The notes beneath the pieces were generated by a model. It searched no databases and was not told the origin of the DNA. It saw nothing but the letters and a program-made list of their open reading frames with translations. Made by a program: the position numbers and the translations under genes. DNA of 64,000 bases, taken from Candidatus Spongiisociaceae bacterium. Its GTDB lineage: Bacteria > Actinomycetota > Acidimicrobiia > Spongiisociales > Spongiisociaceae. Each line of letters starts with the position of its first letter. The stretch's first letter is position 1. Shown here piece by piece: positions 48,403 through 57,355 of the stretch. The stretch covers positions 4,512,001 through 4,576,000 of the forward strand of contig OZ253564.1 in assembly GCA_965262915.1 (NCBI GenBank), given 5' to 3'.

Positions 48403-48837
48403 CTACTTCCCTGCCGACAGGTCGTCGACGGCGAATAGGTAGTCGGCCACCGGGCGCCCGCCGACCAGGTGCTCGTCGATGATTCGGTCCAGGACCTCCC
48501 CCGACACGGAGTGGTACCAGACCCCTTCCGGGTAGACCACGGCTATGGGACCCTGCTCGCATACGCGCAGGCAGTCCACCTTGGACCTGAGGACGGTGCC
48601 CGTTCCGGGCGCCGACAGGACCGGCGATCGGTCGAAGTTGCCCTGCCACGGGGGTGGCGCACTAGCCAGATCGAGTGCCTTGGTCGCCGATTTGAGCTGT
48701 CGCCACGCCGCCAGGCCCTCCTCGTAGGTCGAGCAGCGGGGGTTCCGCTGCTGGGCGCACAGAAAGATGTGCCGCCGGATGCCGCCTATCGACATCGCCG
48801 ACGCAATCCGCTGCAGACGCTCCAACCGCTCCGTCAT
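48403..48837 (-). CDS. Thioredoxin-like [2Fe-2S] ferredoxin
   Basis: HIFLC...[34 protein letters not shown] overlap with selD. Confidence 0.88.
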   Translation of the reverse strand: MTERLERLQRIASAMSIGGIRRHIFLCAQQRNPRCSTYEEGLAAWRQLKSATKALDLASAPPPWQGNFDRSPVLSAPGTGTVLRSKVDCLRVCEQGPIAVVYPEGVWYHSVSGEVLDRIIDEHLVGGRPVADYLFAVDDLSAGK

Positions 48838-49877
48838 ACGACCTCGACTCCTGGTTCCTCGTCGACTGCGACAAACTCGCCGATCACCGCCGCCACGGGC
48901 GCTACCGATGCCAGCCTCCCGACGAGTTCGTCCAGTATCTCCGGGGAAACCGCCATGAGCAAACCGCCGCTGGTCTGGGCGTCGGCCAGGATCTTGAGAT
49001 CCGTCTCCCCCACCCGGTTCTCTACCATCGGCGACACGGAACGGAGATTGCGCATACTCCCACCCGGATACACGCCGCGTTCGACCAGATCACGGACTCC
49101 GTCCAGCACCGGTACCGACGACATGTCCAGCCGGGCCGACACCCGCGAAGCCTCAAGTATCTCCCGCAGGTGGCCCAGCAGGCCGTAGCCGGTCACGTCG
49201 GTGGCGCAGCGCACTCCCGCCTCCACCATGATGCCTGCGGCTGATCCGTTGAGGGTGGTCATGACGTCCACCGCTTCATCGTGCAACCGCCGTCCCGCCG
49301 ATTGCTGCTTGACGGCGGTGGAGACCACGCCCGTACCCAGAGGTTTGGTGAGCACGATCGAGTCCCCCGGCCGGGCCGCATCGTTGGTGGTCATCCGCCC
49401 GGGGTCCACCACTCCGGTTACCGAGAATCCGTAGACGGGAACCTCGCCGTCGATCGTGTGGCCACCGGCGATGGTGGCCTGTGCCTCGGCCATGACGTCC
49501 GCTCCGCCCTCCATCACGTCAACCAGCAGATGGAGCGGCAGCGCCCGGCGAGGCCACCCGACCAGTTGAAGGGCGGTAAGCGGGTGGCCACCCATCGCAT
49601 AGACATCGGAGAGGGCATTGGCGGCCGCGATACGGCCCCAGTCGTACGGGTCGTCCACGATGGGAGCGAAGAAGTCCACCGTCTGTACCAGGGCGCGTCC
49701 CTCGTCGATGCGGAATACGCCTGCATCGTCGGATGTAGCCAGCCCGACCAGCAGATCCGGATGTGCGGTGGCTCGATGGTTTGTGAAAGGGCGCAGAACC
49801 TGCGCCAGCTCGTCGGCGCCGAGTTTGCAGGCTCAGCCGGCACCGGGGGAGAACGATGTGAGTCGGATCTCCGGCAC
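48834..49877 (-). CDS. selD: Selenophosphate synthetase, selenocysteine-containing
   Basis: GTG 49877 follows AAGGAGG. Reads [15 protein letters not shown](TGA 49833-49835)-ACK, then [42 protein letters not shown]. Confidence 0.93.
49790..49806 (-). promoter_or_regulatory. Bacterial SECIS-like hairpin
   Basis: GGCGCAG-GUU-CUGCGCC begins 26 nt after the UGA; G/U loop resembles the E. coli fdhF SECIS. Confidence 0.7.
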
Positions 49878-50019
49878 AGGTCACCTCCTTTCTCGAGGCA
49901 ACGGTTGTTGCCGCGTGATGCCCGGAGTCTGGCACAGCAGGCCCGCAAACCTTCAGCCCGCTTGGACCTGCGGGGGTCGGTCTCCGGTCGGGTCCATCCG
50001 GAGGGTATCCTCACCCTCC

Positions 50020-50496
50020 ATGAGCACACCCCGCAATTGGCTGACCGCAACCGCCCACCAAAAACTCCAACAGGAGTACGACTCCCTGACAACCCAGGGG
50101 CGACACTGGATAGCGGCCCGCCTGGCCGAAGCGCGCTCCCACGGAGACATCAGGGAGAACGCCGACTACGACGCCGCCAAGACCGAACAGGGCCTGATGG
50201 AAGCCAGGATCCGCAAGCTCCGCTACCTCCTTGACAACTCGTTCGTCGGGGAGACGGAGGACGACGGTACGGTCCGGATCGGCTCTCTGGTCACGCTCCG
50301 AGATGAGGACGGGGACGAGGACGAGTACTTCGTCGCCATACCCGAGAACAAGGTGCAGGGCCATCTTCTCGCCTCTCCGGCAGGACCACTCGGCAAAGCG
50401 CTGCTCGGAGCATCGGTGGGCGACGACATCCGGTACGAGGCACCCGGAGGAACGTTCTCGGTGAAGGTGATCGCCGTCCGGCCCTACCAAGGCTGA
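50020..50496 (+). CDS. greA: Transcription elongation factor GreA
   Basis: EARSHGDIRENADYDAAK, SPAGPLGKALLG. Confidence 0.92.
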   Translation: MSTPRNWLTATAHQKLQQEYDSLTTQGRHWIAARLAEARSHGDIRENADYDAAKTEQGLMEARIRKLRYLLDNSFVGETEDDGTVRIGSLVTLRDEDGDEDEYFVAIPENKVQGHLLASPAGPLGKALLGASVGDDIRYEAPGGTFSVKVIAVRPYQG

Positions 50497-50554
50497 AGTC
50501 ACAGTCCCGGCCGATGGCCCGACGCCCGAAGTCGGTAGGACGAAAGGAACCGCG

Positions 50555-51937
50555 GTGAGGATAAGGCTGCTGCGACCACGTGAGTTCGCTCTGCGACTGC
50601 GTAGCGAGGCGCGCTTGCAGCCGGAGGCGGTGGAGGAGTACCTCGATTCCCACATCGCCGAGTGGGAGGCCCTCGCCGCCGCCGACCCCCACGATGCAGC
50701 CGACATACTCGAGGAGTTGGGAACCGATGCGGCAGCCGATCTGCTGGCCGAACTGGATCCGGTCCCGGCCGCCAACATCCTCGACGAGATGCGGCCCGAG
50801 ATGGGCGCCGAACTACTGGAGGATCTTGCATCCGAGCGCAGCTCCGATCTGATCGCAGCGATGGACGCCGACATGGCGGCCGACCTGGTCGGCGAGCTGG
50901 GCGAGAGGGACCGGGAGACCCTCCTGGCCAATCTCGACCCGGACATCGCCCACGAGATCCTCGCCCTCCTGCAGCACGCACCCGACTCGGCGGGTGGGCT
51001 CATGACCACCGACGTGGCGGTCCTCCAGATCGGGATAACGGCCGGCGAGGCCATCGAGCGGCTCCGCCAGCTCCACGACCAGATCGAAGACCTCTCCTAT
51101 GTCTACGTGGTCGACCACCGCCGCCACCTGATGGGTGTGGTCTCCTTCCGTGATCTCGTGTTCGCCCGGCCCGGCGTGGGTCTGGACGAGACGATGGCGC
51201 ACCGTCCGGTGGCGGTCCGCCCCGAGACCGACCGCGAGGAGGTGGCCGGGTTGGCCCAGCGCTACGGGCTCTTCGGTTTACCGGTCGTCGACCACTCCGG
51301 CGTGCTGATCGGGATGGTGGCCCACGAAGCGGTTGTCGACTCGGTGCAGGCCGAGGCATCGGAGGACTTCGCGGCGGCGATGGGCGCCGGTCCCGAGGAG
51401 ACGGTGTTCACCCCCGTCATCCGGGCAGTCCTGATGCGCCTGCCCTGGATGGTCGTCAACCTGGCGCTGGCGCTCATCGTGGCGCTGGTGATCGAGCGGC
51501 AATCCGCAGTGATTGACGAGATAGGCCCGATCCTGGCGGCGTTGATGCCGGTCGTGGCGCTGATCGGTGGCAACGCGGGGGCGCAGAGCCTGGCCGTTGT
51601 CATAAGGTCGCTCGCCCTCGACAGCGTGGCCCCCAGCCGCGTCGGCCGGGTGCTGGCCCGCCAAGTGGCGATCGGAGCCATCAACTCCATCCCGATCGGA
51701 CTGCTGGCCAGCCTGGTGGGCATGGCGTTCGGCGGCAACCTGCACTTCGGCGTGACTATGGGCACGGCGACGGTAGCCAACCTCACTATCGGAACGCTGG
51801 CCGGAACGGGCATTCCGCTGCTGCTGAGACGATTGGGTCTCGACCCGGCCCTGGCGTCGAACATCTTCCTGACCCTCGTGACCGATGTGGTCGGGTTCGG
51901 CGGGTTCCTGGTGGTGGCCACCCTGCTGCTCCGATGA
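50555..51937 (+). CDS. mgtE: Magnesium transporter MgtE
   Basis: SAGGLMT, CBS pair, RLPW, GGNAGAQ, DPALAS, TDVVG. Confidence 0.92.
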   Translation: MRIRLLRPREFALRLRSEARLQPEAVEEYLDSHIAEWEALAAADPHDAADILEELGTDAAADLLAELDPVPAANILDEMRPEMGAELLEDLASERSSDLIAAMDADMAADLVGELGERDRETLLANLDPDIAHEILALLQHAPDSAGGLMTTDVAVLQIGITAGEAIERLRQLHDQIEDLSYVYVVDHRRHLMGVVSFRDLVFARPGVGLDETMAHRPVAVRPETDREEVAGLAQRYGLFGLPVVDHSGVLIGMVAHEAVVDSVQAEASEDFAAAMGAGPEETVFTPVIRAVLMRLPWMVVNLALALIVALVIERQSAVIDEIGPILAALMPVVALIGGNAGAQSLAVVIRSLALDSVAPSRVGRVLARQVAIGAINSIPIGLLASLVGMAFGGNLHFGVTMGTATVANLTIGTLAGTGIPLLLRRLGLDPALASNIFLTLVTDVVGFGGFLVVATLLLR

Positions 51938-51994
51938 TACGGGCAGGCCCGCCCGGCCATCGGTAAGGCGGGTAACGTCCCCCTCCCAGATCGT

Positions 51995-52573
51995 TCAGGA
52001 GCCGATGGTCATCCTGGGGAAGTCGGCATAGGGTCCGTAGAAGGTGACCTCCACGCCGTTCTCGACCGTGAGGAAGGTGTGCGCGTCGAGAGAGGCCTGC
52101 TGCTCGTCCGTCCGTTCCTCCTCCAGGGCGAGGTCGGCGACGGCGAGATCGTCCACCACGATGGCGGCGCTCGGCGAGTAGAGCTCCACGATGTCGTAGA
52201 CCAGGTTCTCCAGTTCCACGTTGGAGTAGGACCCCGGCTCGACCACTATCACCAGCGTCTCCCGGCCGTCTTCGATCAGACGGTGCACCACCTCGTAGTT
52301 CGGCAGCCCGGACTCCTCCGCACCGGTGGGCGCCGTCGTGGTGGTCGAGCCGGCTTCGCCGGACGGAGTGGTGACGACCGTCGTCGGGGTCTCGTCAGTG
52401 GCGGCGGCGGTTCCGGTGTTCTCCCCCTCAACTGGGGCGGTCGAGCCGGTGGTAACCGACCCGGCGGTGGGCGTCACGCTGGTATCGGACACCTCGTCCT
52501 TGTCGCGGTTGCAGGCTGCAAGCACGAGGACAACCACGACCAAGAGTCCTACGAGTCGCTCGAACCTCATCAC
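51995..52573 (-). CDS. Hypothetical lipoprotein with Thr-rich linker
   Basis: Lipobox LAAC; T/S/P-rich stretch followed by an acidic domain. Confidence 0.7.
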   Translation of the reverse strand: MMRFERLVGLLVVVVLVLAACNRDKDEVSDTSVTPTAGSVTTGSTAPVEGENTGTAAATDETPTTVVTTPSGEAGSTTTTAPTGAEESGLPNYEVVHRLIEDGRETLVIVVEPGSYSNVELENLVYDIVELYSPSAAIVVDDLAVADLALEEERTDEQQASLDAHTFLTVENGVEVTFYGPYADFPRMTIGS

Positions 52574-52752
52574 TACCCCTTCTCAGCCGACCCTGCCAAG
52601 CAGGTTACCGCCACCGTACCGACTATCGGCGCATACCGAGCACCGCTCCGCCTACGGCCCAACTCCCTGAACGTCTTCCGGGCTCGGTTCCCGACCCCGC
52701 CTGCTACCGTCGGATCAAGTTACAGCTCCAGCCGCTTCGGTGGCTGTGTGTC

Positions 52753-52778
52753 GGGCCCGTCCCGCAAGGGACGGGCCC
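52753..52778. terminator. Perfect 11-bp GC stem with GCAA loop
   Basis: gggcccgtccc-gcaa-gggacgggccc, just past the NYN gene stop. Confidence 0.6.
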
Positions 52779-52793
52779 TTGACCGTTGGCGAT

Positions 52794-53453
52794 TTATTGC
52801 CAGGAGACAGGTCGGCTGAAAGTACCCAGCGGGTCTGTCAACTCTTCCGGGAATTGTGATTGCTCGATTGCTGCTTCACGGATCGTTCGGTGAGCGGTTG
52901 CCTGCAGATGACCGGCCTTCGCTCCTCGTCTGTCAGGGCTGATGATCGTGACCGGTATCCGCGCCCTCCCCTCTACGACTCGGATGGCTCCGCGCAGATC
53001 AGAATCGTTCGATATAATCGCGGCCTTCTCACAGTTTCCCCGTGACGTATCCCAAACTAATTGCGACGCCAAGTTGACATCGGTCTGCTTCTCTTGGTGC
53101 TCGATCACCCTCACCCGCGTCGTCCTATCGTTGGCGAGGTACCTCCATTTCTTTTGTGTCTGCATGGTGCCGTAATGAATGGTCAGGAGCGGCTCGAGCG
53201 TTCGCAGAGCGCGTAGGTAGACATCCTGGCGCTGTGCGGCGCGAGGGTTGTCAGGGGTATCTTTTACGCGGGCCGTGAAGTACTTGATAGCCACGATCCT
53301 GTCACCCGGAAGCAGCCGACGGCACAGCTTCTCGATATCAAGCCACTTGTGGGAAGTGCCCTTGAGGGCTCCGTAGTACAGGTTGAGGCCATCTATATAG
53401 ACGATCGTGTGCCTGCCGGCAATGCCCGCCTGTGATATGTGTCTTCGAGTCAC
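52794..53453 (-). CDS. NYN (LabA/DUF88, PIN-like) domain protein
   Basis: YIDGLNLYYG, KYFTA, EKQTDVNLA, ISNDSDL acidic catalytic motifs. Confidence 0.85.
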   Translation of the reverse strand: MTRRHISQAGIAGRHTIVYIDGLNLYYGALKGTSHKWLDIEKLCRRLLPGDRIVAIKYFTARVKDTPDNPRAAQRQDVYLRALRTLEPLLTIHYGTMQTQKKWRYLANDRTTRVRVIEHQEKQTDVNLASQLVWDTSRGNCEKAAIISNDSDLRGAIRVVEGRARIPVTIISPDRRGAKAGHLQATAHRTIREAAIEQSQFPEELTDPLGTFSRPVSWQ

Positions 53454-53970
53454 GTGAGGTCGGCAATCCTCGAACTATCGTATGAGAGGCAATGCCCGCG
53501 CAGCGACACGAGGCAGTTCCAACCGGCAGGCAGTATAGGGGGTGGTCGCCCGCTGTGGAGTGAACCGGATCCGTTACGGCGCAGGGGGGCGGGTTCATGG
53601 GAGAGCGTCGTCGGGCTCGCCCATGCGGGCTTATGGCGGATGTCGACAGCGACCCCTACCCGGTTCGAGATCGGATCCTGTCGCGTGGGGCGGGCGGCGC
53701 TGGGGATGGGCGGTGGTCACCGGTTCTGGTCAGGGTGGGGCTCGGTGGGCGGGTAAGGTCAGGGCGCGGAGTGTGGCGAGCATGTGAGGATCGGGGGGCG
53801 GCGGTTGGTGACCGCATTCTGTCCGGGATGGAGGAGTCGTATTCGGCGGGGTGGGGATTGGGGGTCGATGCACATGCCCCGGCGGCGTACGGCCACATGA
53901 TGGTGCCGCCAGCACAGGATGGTGAGGAAAGAGGACTCTGAGGACCGGCCACAGCCGCGCTGCTGCCATA

Positions 53971-55533
53971 TTGGCAGCGACGCTTGTCATGACCGCCTGC
54001 GCCAGTGGTACAAATGCTCCGCTCGATCCTTCCGGGCAACCCTTCGAGATCGAGATACGTGAGGTCTCATGGGAGGGTCGGGTACTAGGCCTCATAGACA
54101 CGGCCCCGGCTTCGACCGACACTTCAGGGCGCTGCGTTGCGCTACTGGGTGAAATCCGGCCCACCTCCCTCCCCGGTGTCGTATCGAGCGGGATCCACGC
54201 ACCGAGCATCGGGCTCTCGGCGGGAGACATCCGGCTCAACGAGGCACGACCCGGTAGCTGCGACACCGGAGATCTCAAGGCGGCGGGATACGGTGCGATC
54301 CGCGACGCGCGGGTCACTGTCGGGACCTCCTATCCCTTCTATCGTATGTTCTACCTACCTGCCGGAACAGCCGGGGTGGGAAGAACCCTCGTTGCAAGTG
54401 TCGCCGATCCGACACAACTGCGGGGCTACGCCGCGGAGGGCTTCGAGCCAATGCTCCTCGACTCCATCCCCGACCCGGGACCTTCGGCACCGGTTCCGAT
54501 CGAGGAGACTCACGCACTTCTACCGGTTGGCGCCGGGTTCGCCTATCCGGAGGGCCGGACACCGTGGGAAGGAACGATCCTGGGTCTGATCCATACCGAC
54601 CTGGTCCCCATTCCGCAGCCGTTCGCAGCAGGAGCGGATAATGTTGAACCCGGACACTGCGCTCTGATACTCGGAAGGCTCAGCCTTGCCGGGAGAAGCG
54701 AAGAATCGCCGGGTCGAAGTCCGGCAATGCCGCGGTTCGGCCTGATCGTCGAAGGAAAGCTCCTACAGGGTGGCGGCAAGCTGTACCGCTGCGATGTCAC
54801 CGAGCCGGCCTTCGGGGGTTTCAGACCGCTGGGCAGATTCGCCACCGATGCGGCCGGTGACCCCTACCGGTTCTATCAGGAGGTCTTCGTTCCCGGAGAC
54901 GAGCCACGCGCTCCGGAAGCGGTTGCAGTCAGGTACCCATGGAGCAAGAACCAGTGGTTTCTCTTCGAGCCGACCGTTCTTCCGCGGGTCCCGGAATCAC
55001 CGATGGGCGCTCTCCCTCTCCCCGCTTACCCTACGATCCTCCCGGTGGGTGACCCGGCGCGGTCGACCTTCCGTAACGGCTTCGCAGTGCCCGAGGAAAC
55101 GAGTTCCGGAACCACGATCAACCGCGTGGAGTGGGAAGGCCTGATTCTGGGCCTCGTCCATATACCTGGTAATCCGGAGACCGGCGATACCCGCCGCTGC
55201 CTAGCCATGTTAGGCACCTTGACGCTCACCCGGTTCGAGGGATTCGACCTGCCCGAGCCACCGCTACGGCCCGACATCGGATTGATGATCGACGGCAAGC
55301 GCACGGAGCCTTCCTCCGTCGAGAGATGTGACACCTCCGCACTCGAGAAGGCCGGCTATGCGTGGTTCGGGGCTACAGGCACTCCGGTAGGCGCCGCTAC
55401 CGGCTTCTACGAGATATTCGCTCTCACCCCGGATCAACCGGGCGGTATCCAAGCAGTCGTGGCCAGCACCGCCTGGTTCTATGGCTTTCGTTTCTTCGAG
55501 CCGACGATTCTCGATACCATCCCCACTCCTTGA
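53971..55533 (+). CDS. Lipoprotein with three internal ~150-aa repeats
   Basis: Lipobox MTAC; three units each with WEGxxLGL, CxxxLG, PxxGL, CD, FY, FEPxxL. Start may be CTG 53938. Confidence 0.72.
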   Translation: MAATLVMTACASGTNAPLDPSGQPFEIEIREVSWEGRVLGLIDTAPASTDTSGRCVALLGEIRPTSLPGVVSSGIHAPSIGLSAGDIRLNEARPGSCDTGDLKAAGYGAIRDARVTVGTSYPFYRMFYLPAGTAGVGRTLVASVADPTQLRGYAAEGFEPMLLDSIPDPGPSAPVPIEETHALLPVGAGFAYPEGRTPWEGTILGLIHTDLVPIPQPFAAGADNVEPGHCALILGRLSLAGRSEESPGRSPAMPRFGLIVEGKLLQGGGKLYRCDVTEPAFGGFRPLGRFATDAAGDPYRFYQEVFVPGDEPRAPEAVAVRYPWSKNQWFLFEPTVLPRVPESPMGALPLPAYPTILPVGDPARSTFRNGFAVPEETSSGTTINRVEWEGLILGLVHIPGNPETGDTRRCLAMLGTLTLTRFEGFDLPEPPLRPDIGLMIDGKRTEPSSVERCDTSALEKAGYAWFGATGTPVGAATGFYEIFALTPDQPGGIQAVVASTAWFYGFRFFEPTILDTIPTP

Positions 55534-55620
55534 GGCGTAGGCGGCTGTACAGGCGGGCCAACCCAACCCGGTCCTCCATCTCGCTATCGTTGGTCCCACT
55601 GCCTTAGGAGAGGGGATGCG

Positions 55621-56457
55621 ATGCCCAGATGTCTAACGGAGGAGCAGACAACCCAGTATCGGCGCGACGGATACGTCTTCCCGATCCGGGTGATGGACGA
55701 GGAGCGGGCGGAGAGCTACCGACGGCAACTCGAAGGGTTCGAAGCCGAGCAGGGTGCGCCCGTGTCCGGCGCCCTTCGCAACAAGTCCCACCTCCTGTTC
55801 CTGTGGGTGGACGAGGTGATGCGCCACGAAGCGATACTGGACACCGTGCAGGACCTGATCGGGGAGGACATCCTCTGCTGGAACACCCTGTTCTGGATCA
55901 AAGAGCCCCAGACGGACGCGTACGTATCCTGGCACCAGGATCTGAACTACTGGGGGCTGGAGACCGACGACCTGATCACGGTCTGGCTGGCGCTTTCACC
56001 GGCCACCCCGGAGAGCGGCTGCATGAGCGTGCTTCCCGGAAGCCACAAGGGCGAGTTCATGCCCCACGACGACATGTATCGGGACAACAACATGCTCACC
56101 CGGGGCCAGGAGATCACGGTGGAGGTCGAAGAGTCCAAAACCGTCGCCATGGCACTGCGACCGGGGGAGGTCTCGATGCACAACGGTCGCCTGGCTCACT
56201 CCTCTCCACCCAACACCTCCGATGATCGCCGTATCGGGATCTCGTTCCACTACATGCCGACCCGGACCCGCCAGATCATCGGGGACTGGGACAGCGCGGC
56301 ACTGGTGCGCGGTGGGGACGCCTACGGCCACTTCACCCACACGCCCCGGCCGACCAGGGACTTCGACCCGGCCACCGTGGCGTTCCACAGCAAGGCGTCC
56401 GACGCGGTCCGCGAGATACTCTTCCACGGCGCGGCAAAGGTGCGCCAGACTCTCTGA
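55621..56457 (+). CDS. Phytanoyl-CoA dioxygenase (PhyH) family Fe/2OG dioxygenase
   Basis: WHQD, WLALS, GCMSVLPGSH, H.S.PN.S..RR. Confidence 0.88.
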   Translation: MPRCLTEEQTTQYRRDGYVFPIRVMDEERAESYRRQLEGFEAEQGAPVSGALRNKSHLLFLWVDEVMRHEAILDTVQDLIGEDILCWNTLFWIKEPQTDAYVSWHQDLNYWGLETDDLITVWLALSPATPESGCMSVLPGSHKGEFMPHDDMYRDNNMLTRGQEITVEVEESKTVAMALRPGEVSMHNGRLAHSSPPNTSDDRRIGISFHYMPTRTRQIIGDWDSAALVRGGDAYGHFTHTPRPTRDFDPATVAFHSKASDAVREILFHGAAKVRQTL

Positions 56458-56463
56458 GCGATC

Positions 56464-56509
56464 CGTTTACTGCTCCCGGTGGCAGGCCGGCCACCGGGAG
56501 CGGTAAACG
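56464..56509. terminator. Long hairpin between convergent genes
   Basis: cgtttactgctcccggtggc / gccaccgggagcggtaaacg, a 20-bp stem with one G-U pair. Confidence 0.6.
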
Positions 56510-56542
56510 CCTGGAAAGGCGAAATCGCGTCGGCAGAACTCC

Positions 56543-57355
56543 TCAACCGCGGATGAGGTCTTCCACGGTCGCCCGGTAGATGCCGGCGAGCAGGGCGGTC
56601 ACGGGGCCGGGCTCGAAGCGTCGCTCTCCCACCGCCACCACCGGCCGGACCTCCTTGACGGAGGAGAGTACGGCTACCTCGTCGGCCTTCGCCAGGCGTG
56701 ATAGGGCATAGCGGCCCTCGCGCACTTCGAGACCGTGTTCCCGAGCGTGGGACAGGGCTATCCGGAGGGTCACCGAGTCGAGGATGCCCAGGTCGAGGGA
56801 GGCGGTCTCGATTACACCACCAACCAGCCACAGAATTGCCGAGGTGGGACCTTCCAGGATGATGCCCTCCCGGGACACGAGTAGCGCATCATCGAAACCA
56901 GCCGATTCGGCTGTGCGCGTGGCCGCCATGTTCGGTGCGTACGAGAGGGTCTTGACACCGGCCAACTCCCATGATTCTCCCCCCGGATGCCACGGGGCGG
57001 CTACCTCCAGAAGCCGGAATCGGGATTTGAGGTCGGGTAGCGGGTTGGACAGCACGTAGACGCTGGGGCCTTCGCCGCCATCCGAGGCGAAGATGCGGAT
57101 CACGCCGTCCCCCTGCTCGCCGGCCACCTGCCGCGCCCATTCGCCTATGTACGGGATGGGTGGAAGCGAGATCCCCATAGCGGACGCAGACCGGGCCAGC
57201 CGCGCCAGGTGCTCCGCCAGTCCGAAGAGCCGGCCCCCGTAGGAACGGAGGGCCTCGAAACAACCCTCGCCGCGTGCCACCATCGGATCGAAGATGGAGA
57301 CGGACGGGGCGACCGCCCTTCCGTTGCGGAGCACGCGCGCCCTTCTCTCAGCCAC
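56543..57355 (-). CDS. Class IV aminotransferase (IlvE/PabC-like)
   Basis: GEGCFEALR, HLARL, KTLSY, EGPTS, ILDSVT. Confidence 0.85.
   Translation of the reverse strand: MAERRARVLRNGRAVAPSVSIFDPMVARGEGCFEALRSYGGRLFGLAEHLARLARSASAMGISLPPIPYIGEWARQVAGEQGDGVIRIFASDGGEGPSVYVLSNPLPDLKSRFRLLEVAAPWHPGGESWELAGVKTLSYAPNMAATRTAESAGFDDALLVSREGIILEGPTSAILWLVGGVIETASLDLGILDSVTLRIALSHAREHGLEVREGRYALSRLAKADEVAVLSSVKEVRPVVAVGERRFEPGPVTALLAGIYRATVEDLIRG

Noticed and set aside
53690-53880. Functional G-quadruplex
   Set aside because: G runs are present but are explained by a C-rich minus-strand remnant in a high-GC genome; no independent support.
6322-56457. PhnY/PhnZ phosphonate pathway from the HD protein and the PhyH dioxygenase
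   Set aside because: About 49 kb apart with no phosphonate transport genes; both families are large and diverse.
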